From Felis catus (lineage: Eukaryota), in the NCBI RefSeq assembly GCF_018350175.1, contig NC_058368.1, forward strand, positions 40,736,001 to 40,800,000: DNA of 64,000 bases, read 5' to 3'. How positions within the stretch are numbered: the first letter of the stretch is position 1; every line of letters begins with the position of its first letter. The notes under the pieces are model-generated. The model was not told the origin of the DNA, searched no databases, and worked only from the letters and a program-made list of their open reading frames with translations. Positions 28,180 to 41,419 of the stretch are shown here, piece after piece. A program made the translations under genes and the position numbers.

Positions 28180-28360
28180 TCTCTGTTTTCCTGAAACATT
28201 TGAAAGTAAGTTGCCAACATCACCTGTGGATATCAGCATGAATTTCCTAAAAAGTAAAAGCATTCTACTACATAATCAGAATGCCACTATCATACTACAG
28301 AAAATTAACATTAATGTTCTAATATCATCTGATAAGCAATCCATTTTAAAATGTCCTTTG
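28180..28360 (-). mobile_element. L1MC-type 3'UTR fragment
   Basis: ttcctgaaacatttgaaagtaagttgc...aatttcctaaaaagtaaaagcattctactacataatca. Confidence 0.6.
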
Positions 28361-28403
28361 CTTATTTATTTATATATTTATTTATAGTCAAATGGGTTTT
28401 CAG

Positions 28404-28838
28404 TGGAGTGGGCTGAAGGGTGTCTTCCAAAAATTCACATGTAAGGACGAAGAATGTGGCCTTATTTGGAAATAGGGTAATGGAATTAGTTAAAATGAGG
28501 TCATACTTGATTCATGTAAGCCCCAAATCAAGAAATTTGTGTCCATATAAGAAGATTAGAGGACATATGGAGATTTATACAAGGAAGAAGATCATGTGAC
28601 ATGCAGGCAGAGATTGAAATGGTGCAGCTACAAGCCAAGAAACAACAAAGATTGGTGGAAGTTTCCAGAACCTGAAAGAAGGAAGGAAGGATTTTTCCTC
28701 AGAGCCTTCAGAGGGTGGATGGCACTGCTTACACCTTGATTTCAGACTTCACTAGAGAACTGTGAGAGAATACTTTCTGTTGTTCAAAACCATCTAGTCT
28801 CTGGTACTTTGTTATGGCAACCTTAGAAAACCAATACA
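28404..28838 (+). mobile_element. MaLR MLT1-type solo LTR (MLT1C-like)
   Basis: gaatgtggccttatttggaaatagggt...aaatgaggtcatac...caccttgatttcagacttc...ctttgttatggcaaccttagaaaaccaataca. Confidence 0.88.
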
Positions 28839-29589
28839 TCCATTATAAAGTAGATATTTTCAATCTAAAGAGGGCTATGTGAAATTTTTTTTTATTGCAA
28901 TACAGAAGGGACTACTTTCAAAATTTTGGCTTCCTTTATATGCTTTCATAATGCAAACAAGAATCAGAATAAATTATCTTGGGGCAGAAGGACAAAATTT
29001 ACATAGGTTAATTGTAAACATTTTTGAATTTAGAAACAAACATACCTCTCTAAAAGTGTATTTATAGGTAGATGATTTTGCAAATGAAAGTATATGATAA
29101 CAGATAATGTGTAATTTTCTGAGAAATGTAAATAATGGTACCCTTGAATATTAGCCATGAATAATAATTGGATCCTTTCATTTCATGGTTGGAAAACATT
29201 GAAGTTTAGAAAAGGTATAATAGTCTTCTCCAAGAGTATTAGTAGACAGAAAACTTGATATTTAGTACATGTTGCTTTCATACCATTCTTAGATTTTGAA
29301 ACAAAAAATTAAACTTTACCTCTCCTGCATCCTCCTTCCCTTGAAACATATCTATTGGAGTTAATCTGAGCGAGATCAACTGTATAAGAGTGAGGAAAGG
29401 GCCAAGCAAAGCATCAGTTTTCTTGTGGTGAAGAAACATGTAAAGAAGGAGCCAAGTGGGGTACCAACTGGAACTAAGTCAGGGCCAGATAGGGAGGTGA
29501 CAGAGAATATCAGCACTTGGCACAGAGTTAGGGTCAATTAAGAAGTTGACAAATAAAGCATCAGTTGTTTCTAGGTCATGGCAAAAAGA

Positions 29590-29922
29590 GCCACTGATGT
29601 GACTACAGAAGAGTGGCCAGAGAGATACACTGGCTCTGGCTTTCAAATTGGAGAAAGGAATCCACAATTAAGGGCTCTACATCATCTCTAGAAGTTGGAA
29701 AAGGCAAAACAAAAACGAAACAAGGAACGACTACAGCAACAAGCTCACGGTTCTCTTCTAGAGTCTCCAGGAAGGAACATAGCTCTGTTGTTGCCTTGAT
29801 TTTAGCCCAGTGAGACTTATGTTGGGCTTCTAACTTCTAGAACAGCAACATAATACATTCGTGTTGTTTTAAGTCACTAAGTTTGAGATAATTTGTTACA
29901 AAAACAATAGAAAGCTAATAGA
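29590..29922 (+). mobile_element. MaLR MLT1D-like LTR, 3' half
   Basis: ctagaagttggaaaaggcaa...ctagagtctccaggaaggaac...ccttgattttagcccagtgagac...gcaatagaaa-like terminus. Confidence 0.8.
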
Positions 29923-31440
29923 AAAACCAAGTTCCTGACTAGTAGGAAAGCTACAAGCATGAAAAAGGAAGAATCTAGAATAAATTATGTGTGTTAGATT
30001 GGAATTGGAAGTAATGGAGTGAACTGTCATACATTCAAGACATGGATATAAATATAGCTATGGATTGATAGAGGTATCAATGTGTGTTTTGTGTTTGCAT
30101 GTGTATATATGCACATACAGATAGATTTGTATACATGTGTTCATGTGTATGCCATGCATCTGTGTGTTGTGTATATGGGTGTTTTCATTTCTTATCTCAG
30201 TTCATTGATAGGGCCTGAGAGTAGCAATATCCCATTACCAATAAGCATACTTTCTATCCAGATCTTGTCTTCTAAATATCATTTTTTACTTAAAGGAACC
30301 AGAGCTTCTAAGAAATACGACTAATTCCAGGACTGGGTAAAGAAAGTATTAGATAAATCTGGAAAATCTTGTGCCAGAAAGTAATAGAATGCCAAAAGAA
30401 GGATGAGGTCTTATCAAAAGACCTAAAATCCAACGTAAAGAGGCTCACAGTAGCCAAACCCAGGACATTTTGTGCATCAAAATAGAGTACAAAATTATAA
30501 TATAATGAATAATATATGAGTTCACAATGATAGAAAGAAAAGAAAAATGGGAAGAGGAGCAAGTTCTACCTTGCAGTAGTAAGACAACTAAAGAAGTAGA
30601 AGAGATGACAAAATTAGAAAATAATCTTTTGGAGAATATCACACTATTGTCTAGATAAGATTTTTATCACAGGATGCTAAAAATATGATAGTTTAATGAA
30701 GGAACATTGTATTGTCACATTATTAAAGTACCTCTACAATTTTTTTAGTATTTACAGCACGGAATATGGAAGCTTTACAATGGAGAAAGGCAGCACCTCT
30801 ACCAGCTGATCGTAGTTAACATTTGCCAGCAGTGACATAAATCACCATCATGTTGATTTGATTGCTATAGAATGCACAAAGAACACAGGATTGCATTGGC
30901 TGTATTTATGCTAAAAATATATAACTGGCATCCTTTTCTTTATATATATAACCTGAATCTAATCATGAGGCAGCATTAGATAAACCCAAATAGAGGAGCA
31001 GTCTGCAAGATAACAGATCTATAATTTTATCGAAAAAATTAGAATTCTAAAAGATAAGATTGAATTTTAGGATTTTAAAAGACTGAGAAATAGCTTTAGA
31101 TTGATTGATTCAAGAGATGGAGTGAACAAATGATATGCCTGACTATGTATTGGATTCATTTTCTGTAAAGATGTATTTACCAATGTCAATTTTCTTGTTT
31201 TACAGACACAACAGAGGAGAATATACTTCTTTTAGGGAATAAACATTTAGTTATTTAGCTATAATGAGAAATCATATCTGCATATACACAAATATATGAG
31301 AGCAAAGAATGATGTAGTATCGATAAAATATTAACAAATGGAGAATTTAGATAAAGAATAAAGTGTATTTAAGTTTCTTTTTATTGTTTTTGTAACTTTT
31401 TAGTCATATGAATATTTTTTCAAAATTAAAAGTGAAAGAA
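29923..31440 (+). mobile_element. Ancient L1MC-type 3'UTR
   Basis: ccagatcttgtcttctaaatatcatt...aaaggaaccagagct...ttccaggactggg, and cctgaatctaatcatgagg..cattagataaacccaaatagagg. A-rich end. Confidence 0.75.
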
Positions 31441-32286
31441 AACAAATAGCAAATAGCGACCATGAATAATTTCACTCTCAGAGCTATTCTACTGTTGGTA
31501 GAGTTGTTTTCATCAACTGTATACCATATTAGTAAACATAGGGTTTTATTCCCCTGTGTTCATAAGAATTTTTCCAGGCTATGATTATATGTGCCCATAA
31601 TAAATACCTCATGATATTCCATTCATCTAATGACATCTTTGAAAATTATGAGCATTTAAGTTCTTAAAATTTTATTGCATCTACATCTATTTTTGTTAAG
31701 CTACCACCCATTTTGATAGATGTTTCATAGATCAGATACATTCCCAGATGAACATCAGAACTGGCCATCAAAAAAGATTGATTCATATAGATAACAAATG
31801 CAGTCTTGGGGGAAAAAAAGGTGCTAGAGTAAGAACAGTAACACCAAATCAGTGATCACTCAGTAATGGTTCCACCAAAGACTAGGACACATATTAAATC
31901 TTTGATTTCATTACTATCTTTTAATAAACTTTATTGACAAGCACTTGCATTGTATAAGTAAATTAACAATTATGAAAGGTTTCAAAAAACTTCCCCTTTT
32001 AATGATGCATAACTATGCAACTAAGCAACAAATTATTTTTTTGCAAAACATTTTCATGTCTGCTCCTGAGCACTGTTTAACAATGTTGATAGATAATAGA
32101 CAGATGATAGATAGAAAGAAAGAAAGGAGATAAATGAAATCCTTGGCTATTCAATATTTATTACATTAAAAATTGAGAGATTATGTTGCAGATAATATAA
32201 GCATGATAAACTAAAAAAGATATGTTGTTTTTACTTATCTTCTTTACAAATTTACTCTGTAAGAGCTTTTAATTATGGCAAATACT

Positions 32287-32500
32287 GGGGCTCTTGAGTG
32301 GCTTAGTTAGTTGAGTGTCTGACTTCAGCTCCTAGGTGATGGTTCAGTTGGTGAATCCGAGCCTCGCGCTGGACTCTGTACAGCTCAGGGCCTGGAGCCT
32401 GTCAGATTCTGTCTCTGTCTCTCTGTCCCTCCACCACTTCTGATCTCTCTCTCTCTCTCAAAAATAAACATACATTAAAAATTTTTAAAAATTTAAAAAA
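32287..32500 (+). mobile_element. Can-SINE
   Basis: Head ggggctcttgagtggcttag. TSD taattatggcaa / taactatggcaa. Confidence 0.92.
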
Positions 32501-32659
32501 TAACTATGGCAACTATTAATCTAGTATGTGATTTATGAGTGGCACTACTCATAAATTTTACTTACAAAGCTTATTTTAAAAACATAAACAATTACATCTT
32601 TTGAACTGACCACCATTTATTCAGTTATATCTGAAATAAGTTTACATGCTTTTTTCTTT

Positions 32660-32995
32660 TATTATTTTATTCTTTTAATTGATTTTTTAAACCCTTTTTT
32701 GAAGCTTTTGTCAGAAAATGCACAAATCCTTACTGTACAGCTGACTGGATTATTCAAGAGTGAACACACACACACACCTAGCAGCACTCAGGTCAAGATA
32801 CAGAACATTACTAGCATCCCCAGAAATTCCCTTTGTGCACTACCACACAGGCCCCTGTCTCCTGACAATTGCCACTATTCTGGCATGTTATATCGTACAT
32901 TCATTTTGTCTGTTCTTGAACTTTATCAAGTGAAATCATACAGTATATACTTTTTTTGTGTCTGGCTTCTTTTGCTCCACATCGTGTCGTAAAAT
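32660..32995 (-). mobile_element. Ancient L1ME-type 3' end
   Basis: tgcacaaatcct..caggtcaagatacagaacatt..ccccagaa..gttcttgaacttta..gaaatcatacagtatatact..tgtgtctggcttcttttgctc. Confidence 0.75.
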
Positions 32996-33769
32996 CAAGT
33001 GTATATATTTTATAAATTATGTTTGGATAGATTTTAAAAAGGATTTTAAAAATAGAAGGAATTTGGAAAAACCAACCTGATATTCAAAGAATATCGAAGG
33101 AAATAAACCTATTATATAAACCTTATTATATTTATTTTTAAGTAGAAGTTAACTTGGGTAATGAGAAAATCAAAAGCTTTAGGATATTTATAGTTATAAT
33201 ATTTGAATGTGTATTTTTCACCTCTGGGTAGTATTAGGAAATTCCTCCCACCTTCACAGCAAAGTCCATGTACACTAATTAAATGCAAAAATTCCCTATA
33301 ACTGAGTATTTTTAGAAAACTAAGGTTTTCTGAAGAAAATTTAAGATAGGTTAATTCACTACCTGAGGTGAATTAAAGACCTTTGTATTTTTTTCCTTAA
33401 AAAGGGGGGATGGGGCATTGGACTCTGGTGCACATTTGTCATTAAAGAAATATAGCATGGCATTTGGCTGGTTTCCAAACCATTAGACTTCCACTTGTTT
33501 CCCATCCACTAGAGGTGGGTTTGAAGAAAGACTAGAGTACCACTGAGAAAACAAAATATAAACACCTAGGAAAAATTAGGAACACATTGCTCTATCACAT
33601 GAGTGAAAAACCATCAAAGAATTGAGTCACAATCTCTAATTTATCTTTTGGAATTGTTTCTCTAGATGATATATAATTGTCTAATAATTAAAAGAAAGTC
33701 CTGAAAATGACACCTGAAAAGCTTAGAATTTAGTGTATGCTGTGAAATCATAGTTTTTATATAGCTCAT

Positions 33770-33815
33770 GTACACACATATACATACACATGCACACACA
33801 CACACACACACACAC
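33770..33815. repeat. Imperfect (CA)n microsatellite
   Basis: Direct reading. Confidence 0.9.
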
Positions 33816-34042
33816 TCTATTTTTAAGAAAATGAATAATACACAAGAAATCACTTAACAGTGGAATTTGCATACTAATGGGAATAAGTAAAGGAGCAGAT
33901 GAACTAACAAAAATATAAAACTTATATAGGAAGTTTCTTTGTGGATTTTTTTCTTCCTTTGTTTTTATCATCACAGTTTGGAGTTACTGCAAACGTTTCC
34001 AAAGATATTTATGAATCGTAACAATTATCAACTCCTAGAATT

Positions 34043-34167
34043 TATATGTATATGTATGTATACATAATCATATACATACTCATATATAAGTATATGTATA
34101 TACATATATATATGTATGTACATATATATGTATATACATATGTATATATGTATATGTATGTATGTAT
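34043..34167. repeat. Compound TA/TG/CA alternating purine-pyrimidine repeat
   Basis: Direct reading. Confidence 0.9.
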
Positions 34168-34457
34168 TTTTTGAAGGCAAGAAAATATGTAAAGAATGAT
34201 GTTTCTTTTGTGTTTATTTTAGTGTCGATTTTGCATACACACACACATCCACATAGCTACTGGTTCAGAAAAACTTTACAATATTTCCTACATGATATTT
34301 CCAGTTTTGTATAAACACAATCATAAAATGAGATTGATAGTGGAGTATTAGGGCATTAAAAAGTTTGCCAAAGTGTTACACTACTCTTAACTAATACCAT
34401 TTAGTTTTTTTCTCCTCTGCTTTAACTGTGGAAGTTCCAAAAATTTGTGATGTAGAA

Positions 34458-34460
<3 letters not shown>

Positions 34461-34497
<37 letters not shown>

Positions 34498-34644
34498 GAG
34501 AGTGAGAGAGCACGTGGTGAAGGGGCAGAGGGAGAGGGAGAGAGAATCTTAAGTCCTGATATGGGGTGAGCTCACAAATATGAGATCATGACCTGAGCCA
34601 AATCAGGAGTCCGATGTTTAACCAACTGAACCATCCAGGCACCC
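34461..34644 (-). mobile_element. Can-SINE with internal deletion and (TAA)n tail
   Basis: (TTA)n run then SINE body ending caggcaccc. TSD tgtgatgtagaaatt / tgcaatgtagaaatt. Confidence 0.9.
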
Positions 34645-34804
34645 TGCAATGTAGAAATTCTTAAGAATTATGCACTCCTATCTTCCATTCTTTTCTGCTC
34701 TTCTTTATCAAAAGGAAAACACCTCTCTTTCTCTGAGACACAATTTATGATCTCAGTTCCACCTCTGAAATGATCTTTCAAGTACATGTTCTTCAATTAT
34801 GTTT

Positions 34805-35013
34805 AAATTTTTTTTTTACCTTTATTTATTTTTGATAGAGACAGAGCACAAGTGGGGGAGGGGCAGAGAGAGAAGGAGACACAGAATCCGAAGCAGGCTC
34901 CAGGCTCGGAGTTGTCAGCACAGAGCCTGAGGCGGGGCTCAAACTCACAAACTGTGAGATCATGACCTGAGCCGAAGTCAGACACTTAACCAACTGAGCC
35001 ACCCAGGCGCCCC
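34805..35013 (-). mobile_element. Can-SINE (SINEC_Fc-type)
   Basis: Ends actgagccacccaggcgcccc. TSD tcttcaattatgttt. Confidence 0.96.
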
Positions 35014-35989
35014 ATCTTCAATTATGTTTTAATGTCTCCCAATTTTATTTGCTAATTTTGTTTTCTAAAAAACATTGGTAGCTTCCTTATTACTATATTC
35101 TGTTGAAGCTGTTGATGAAACTGCATTGTTGCATCAATTGGCATCTCTACAATTTCAAGTTCTACAACTTTGAAACGGGGTTCCTAGTGCCAGGTATCCA
35201 TCATCCTACCTGTCTTTTATGTCTTCAACTATTTATTTTATTACCCAAAATGATTAATCCACATCTTTATTTGCTCTATGTAGATGGCATTATTAGATAA
35301 TTGAGGGGAATATCATGAGACATCAGTCTTAATTTTTCTCATCTGAATGCACATCCTTCCTATTAAACCATTTACCTAACACTTATCCTTATTCCTTTTC
35401 CTAAGTAAAATGACTGACCCTACTCGCTTGTTTGTCAGTCTCTAAGCATACTCCTTTCTATTCTTTTTTAAAAATACAAAATAACACAACAACCAAAACA
35501 ATCACAAATGCATATATGCCATACTCACCCCACCATCCATTATATTGCTTTTCTCCCCGTTTCAACCAAATTTCTTGAAGAGGCAATTACTTTCCTGATC
35601 TGTATATCCTCACTCTCCTTTCAATATACGATCGCCTTAACGATTGTATAGTTTATTATGATTCCAAACAATTCACTGACCCCATGTAAAAGAATTACTC
35701 ATCCCCATTTATTTGTAAGTTAATTGCTGTGCGCAATTATGATCAATAAAACTCCTCTAACTCATGGACTAGTATCAGATTTAGAAATATGACTAGCTTT
35801 CATTAATGGAAATGAGCACAAATGATCAATTGTTTGTCCCTGGTTACACCTTTTTGCTTTTCTCTGTGTTGCAAGAACTGTAGGTCAAGACAGAGGCTAA
35901 CCTTTCATCAGGAAGACACATGCTGAGCCATAGCCTATACTAGCCAACATGTAACAAAACAAGGAATAAAATTTTGTTCTTGTAAGCAA

Positions 35990-36650
35990 GCTGGCTTTGT
36001 TTTGTTGTCATTTTACCACAGCATACTCTGTAAAAATTTAATGATATATAAAGTATACTAGAAGGCACAATTTTGGAGATCAGAAAAATGGTGAAATTGT
36101 TATGCAATGGGGAAACATTTGATACACTGTCTGTCAAAAGCAATAATGTGAAAGAAAGTCATACATCAAATGAACTTGTGGATTTAATGCTTTGGTGACA
36201 TAGGCTGCATTTGACAAGGTACTACAAGAAAGAAATGAGCTGAAAAATGATTGGCCAGTCACCAAACAAAAATAAAAAGGGAACAGGAGGAATTCTGGGA
36301 CTTTCAGGATTAAAGGATAAAATTTTTACTAATAACCAATCAGCTAAAGATAATATATAGTGTCAGTGGTTGCTGAATAAACAGGAATAGTCCAAGTCTA
36401 AAGTCTAATCATGAAGTCCTTTGTTAAATCTCTGATTTGATTTAGTTGACTCCAGACTAGTATTTTAACCAAGACAAAGGCTTGGAGAAATGAGAGTAAA
36501 GTTGTTGCCCCTCCAAAGAAAACTGATAAGCTCCAGTGACTTGCAAATGAATTTGGCAGGGTGGGTTGGGGGTGGGGGGAGAAGCAACAACAGCAACATA
36601 AAGCATGTCTGCAAGAAAATTTTATGAACTATTGGTAAAAGGAGCAAAAT
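35990..36650 (+). mobile_element. Decayed MaLR internal-region fragment (MLT1-int-like)
   Basis: gctgcatttgacaaggtactacaagaaagaaatgagctgaaaaatgattggccagt resembles the recalled MLT1-int consensus. Boundaries approximate. Confidence 0.55.
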
Positions 36651-37070
36651 GTAGCTTTTATGTGTTGAATTGTATCTCCCAAAAAGAGAAACTGAAATTT
36701 TTATTCCTGGTGTCCCAGAATGTGACCATATTTTGAAATGGGTTTATTGAAAATATAATCAGTAAAAATGAGGTCATACTGGAGTAGAATGAACCCTTAA
36801 TTTAGTATAAACCATATGCTCGCAAGAAGAGAGAATTTTGGACACAGACACAGACACCAAGGCAATACAACTATGTGAAGATGGGGGCATAGATTGGAGT
36901 TAGGCTGCCACAAACTAAAAAATATATGGGTTTACTGGAACCTGATGGGGCAAGGATGGATCCTCCCCTAGAACCTTCAGAGTGAGTGTGCCCTGCCAAC
37001 ACATTAACTTCAGGCTTCTAACATCCACAACTGGAGAATAAATTTTTGTTGTTTTAAATACCTCGTTTAT

Positions 37071-39960
37071 CATTGTACAATGCCTTCATTACCCTGATAC
37101 CAAAATCAAATAAAGATGCTATGGAAAAAGAAAACTAGGCCAATATCTTTGGTGAACATACATACAAAAATCCTCAACAAAGTATTTGCAAACTGAATCC
37201 AACACATTAGAAAAATCACTCACGACAGTTAAGTGGGATTTATTCTTGGGATGCAGGGGTGGTTTAATATTCACAGGTCAATCAGTGTGATACATTACAT
37301 TAATAAGAGAAAGGATAAACACCATATGATCATTTCAATAGAAGCAAAAATAGCATTCAACAAAGTACAACATCCATTTATGAAAAAAACCTTAACAAAA
37401 TAGGTTCAGAGGCAATATACTTTAACATAATAAAGGCTATATATTAAAATCTTACAAGTAACATAATACTCAAAGATGAAAAACTGAGAGCTTTTCCCCT
37501 AAGATCAAGAACAAGACAAGGATGTCCACTCTTACCACTTGATTCTCTTCAACATAGTACTGGAAATCCTAGCCACAGCAATCAGACAAGAAAGAGACAT
37601 AAAAGGCATCCAAATTGGTAAGAAGTAAAACTTTTAATATTTGCAAATGACATTATACAATATATAGAAACCGTAAAGACTCTACCAAGAAACTACTAGA
37701 ACTGATAAATGAATTCAGTAAGTTCACAGGACACAAAATCAATGTACAGAAATCCATTGTATTCCTATGCACTAGTAAGGAAGCAACAGAAAGATAAATT
37801 AAGAAAACAATCCCATTTACAACTGCACCAAAAATAATAAAATACCTAGGAATAAATTTAACCAAGAAGGTGAAAGACCTGTACTCTGAACAAACTATAA
37901 AACATTGAGGAAAGAAATTGAAGATAACACAAACAAGTCAAAAATATTCCATTTTTATGGATTGGAAGAACAAATATTGTTAAAATGTCCATACTACCCA
38001 AAGCAATCTACAGCTTTAATGCAATTCCCTTCAAAAACCAACAGCATTTTTCACACAACTAGAACAAATAATCCTAAAATGTGTATGTAACACAAAAATT
38101 TGTATGGAACACCAATAGCATTTTTCACAGAACTAGAACAAATATTCCTAAAATTTGTATGGGACATAAATTTGTATGTATGTGCCTTCCCCACATATCC
38201 AAAACAATCTTGAAAAAGAAAACAAAACTGGAGGTATCACGATTCCAGATTCCAAGTTACACTATAAAGCTATAATAATTTTAAAGTATGGCATTGGTAC
38301 AAAAATAGATACATAGGTCCATGGAACAGGATAGAAAGCTTAGAAACAAACCCATGATTATATGGTCAATTAATCTCTGAGAAAGAGGCAAGAATATGCA
38401 ATGGGAAAAAGACAATCACTACAATAAATGGTGTTGGGAAACTGGACAGCTACACACAAAAGAATGAAATTGGTTCACTCTTTCACACTATACACAAAAA
38501 TAAACTGGAAATGGATTAAGGACATAAATGTGAAACAGGAAATCCTAAAAATCCTAGAAGAGAGCACAGTCAGTAATTACTCTGACATCAGCCATAGCAA
38601 CATTTTTCTAGATAATGTCTCCTGGGGCAAGGGAAAGAGAAGCAAAAATAAACTATTGGGACTGCATCAACGTAAAAAGCTTCTGCACAACAAAGAAAAC
38701 TATCAACAAAACAAAAATACAACCTACTGAATGGAGAAGACATTCACAAATAACACATGTAATAACAGGTTTGTATCCAAAATATATAAAGAACTTATAA
38801 AACTCAACACCCCAAAACCAAATAATCCAATTAAAAAATGGGCACAAGACATCAATAGACATATCTCCATAGAAGACATACAGATGACCAACAGACACAT
38901 GAAGCGATGCTCAGCATCACTCATCGTCAGGGAAATAGAAATCAAAACCACTATGAGATGTCACCTCACACCTGTCAGAATGGCTGAGATCAAAAACATC
39001 AGAAACAATACTTGTTGGCAAGAATGTAGTGAAAAGAGAAAGGAATCCTCATGCATTGTAGGTGAGAATGCAAATTGGTGCAGTCACTGTGGAAAACAGT
39101 ACCGAGCTTCCTCAAAGTTAAAAATAGAACTACCTTAGGATCCAGTAATCACACTACTGGGTATTTACCCAAAGAACAAAAGCACTAATTTGAAAAGATA
39201 TATGCACCTCTATGTTTATTGCAGCATCATTTACAATAGCCAAACTATGGAAGCAGCCCAAGTGTCCATCTGTAGATGAATGGATAAAGAAGAAGTGGTA
39301 TGTATATATAAGGGAATATTATGAAGCCATAATATGAATGAAGTTTTGCCAATTCCAACAACATAGGTTGAGCTAGAGAGTATAATGCTAAACAAAACGA
39401 ATCTAAGAAAGACAAATACCATATGATTTCATTGAGATGTGGAATTAAAGAAATGAAACAAATGAACAAAGGGTAAAAATAGACAAACCAAGGGGCACCT
39501 GAGTGACTCAGTCAGTTAAGCGTCACTCTTGATTTTGGCTCAGGTCATGATCTCATGGTTGGTGAGTTCGATCCCTGCATTGGGCTCTGCACTGGCAGCA
39601 TGGAGTCTGCTTGGAATTCTCTCTCTCTCTGTGCCTCCCCCACCCTCTCTCAAAATAAATAAATAGACTTTGAAAAAATTAAAAAAACAAACAAGAAACA
39701 GACCCTTAACTATACAGAACAAATTGATGGTTACAAGAGGGAAGGTGGGTGGAGGGATAAGTGAAACAGGTGAAGGGGACTAAGAATACACTTAACCTGA
39801 TGAGCCCTGAGGAATGTATAGAATTGTTGAATCACTATATTGTACACTATATTGTACACCTGAAAGCAATATAACACTGCGTGTTAACTATGCTGGAATT
39901 AAAATAAAAAAAAAACAACTTAAAAGAAGTTGGCAAAAAATAAGCTAAATTAAAATTTAA
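37071..39960 (+). mobile_element. Older carnivore-type LINE-1 (L1_Carn-like), 5'-truncated, decayed ORF2 RT/C-terminal region plus 3'UTR
   Basis: Frameshifted ORF2 fragments ([56 protein letters not shown]) colinear with the young ORF2 in this window. G-rich 3'UTR near 39735-39780 and A-rich tail 39901-39960. Degenerate TSD AAATACCTCGTTTAT (37056-37070) / AAAAATCTAGTTTAT (39961-39975). Confidence 0.95.
39492..39690 (+). mobile_element. Can-SINE nested in the 3'UTR of the older L1
   Basis: Head ggggcacctgagtgactcagtcagttaagcg. The L1 3'UTR resumes at aagaaacagaccc. Confidence 0.93.
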
Positions 39961-41033
39961 AAAAATCTAGTTTATGTTCTTTGTCATTGCAACCCTAAGA
40001 AACAAATACACTAGCAAAATCTGAATAATACAGTGACCCTCAACAGTGTCCAGCCCAGACTACTCTCCCAAATCTCCCAAATCTCAGTATTAAATATCCA
40101 AAACACTATATTTTAAATACTTGGCCAAATATATGCTGTATGCAAAACACATCATGTTCCCTCTAAAAACCCTTCATCATCTATATGCTTTTCCCTTAGT
40201 TGGTGGCAATACCGTCCAGTGATCATGCAAACCAAAAGTCTGGGATTAATTCCTAGCTCCTCTCCCCACTTTTTCTCTCACATATCATTCACTTTTTATA
40301 TTACCTCTTAAAATTGTCCTAAATCTGTCACTGCCAAGTCTACTGTGGTTCCTAGGCTTATCCTCTCACACATGGGCAGTTAACTTGATGTATTAGATCA
40401 TTCTACTCTTTTCTCTTTGCCACCATTCCCACACTCTAATCCTCAGAGAGTTTATTCTCATTTTCTTTTAAAGTCCCCTTTTCTGTTGCTTGTCATATTA
40501 AATTCAGTAATCCTTAGATTTTTTTCTTCAACCCTATTATTTTATTACCACACACATGATTACTGGGTGATTTTACTTACTCCCTTAGTAACTATCATAT
40601 TTTGTTCTCTTACTACCTGCTGTTTGATACTCTGGAACCAAATAGACTCAGATAATAAAGGATCCTTTACTATTCAAACTTGCTATACAAGATCTTGCTA
40701 TTTAATCTCTCTCAAGAGAAAGTCAGGAATTGTTATTCAGATAGCTAACTTGACAGTGTTCAGGTACACATTATTTCCTGAGCTCAAAACCACATTTTCA
40801 GCTGCTTCTGTGATCTCTCCATGTGAATGGCCACAGGCACCTTTGGTTCTATATATTCTAAAATGGACTCCTCTCCCCCCTCCCCATTTTCTATTTGCTT
40901 ATTTCTATCTCCCCTCATCCCAAATAATATTTTTAATTAATGAACTTTTAACCATCCCATTAATAAGGTTTGAAGCCTTTGAATTATTCTTTACTTCTTC
41001 TCCACAGCTCACTATTAGGTTCTCTACCAAGTC

Positions 41034-41036
<3 letters not shown>

Positions 41037-41102
<66 letters not shown>

Positions 41103-41160
41103 TATGTGTATACACATATATATACACATATGTGTGTGTGTCTGTATATATATATATGTA
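41037..41160. repeat. Compound (TA)n(CA)n...(TG)n(TA)n microsatellite with internal inverted repeat
   Basis: Direct reading. Confidence 0.95.
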
Positions 41161-41419
41161 GTTTTTTTAATAGTTCTGAACTTGTCTCTTTTCACCATTC
41201 CTAGTGTCAGTTCAGTTAGGTTCCTGAATTTTCTTTCATCTATATCCCGCAGATTCCAAATTTCTTAACTTAGCCTGAAGGAACCTTAATTATCTGGCAC
41301 TAACCTAACCTTCTAGTATCATCTTCAAGCACTTTATACCATATCCGTTCAAAAAAATTTTTCCCTTGGTACTGGTTATTTATATTCTCTCTCTCATTTT
41401 TAAAAAGGCCTGTTGACAG

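Larger units (their letters stand above)
36656..40010 (+). mobile_element. MaLR (MLT1-type) solo LTR split by the L1 (pieces 36656-37070 and 39961-40010)
   Basis: Starts ttttatgtgttgaattgtatctccc. Contains gaatgtgacc, aatgaggtcatactggagtag and gagaataaattt..tgttgtttt. The terminal ttgtcattgcaaccctaagaaacaaataca resumes after the L1. Flanks gtagc / ctagc. Confidence 0.85.

Noticed and set aside
40417..41268. 283-aa + strand ORF
   Set aside because: Non-ATG start, low-complexity hydrophobic sequence running through a microsatellite (YIYIYI/THTH) and L2-like remnant. No domain recognisable.
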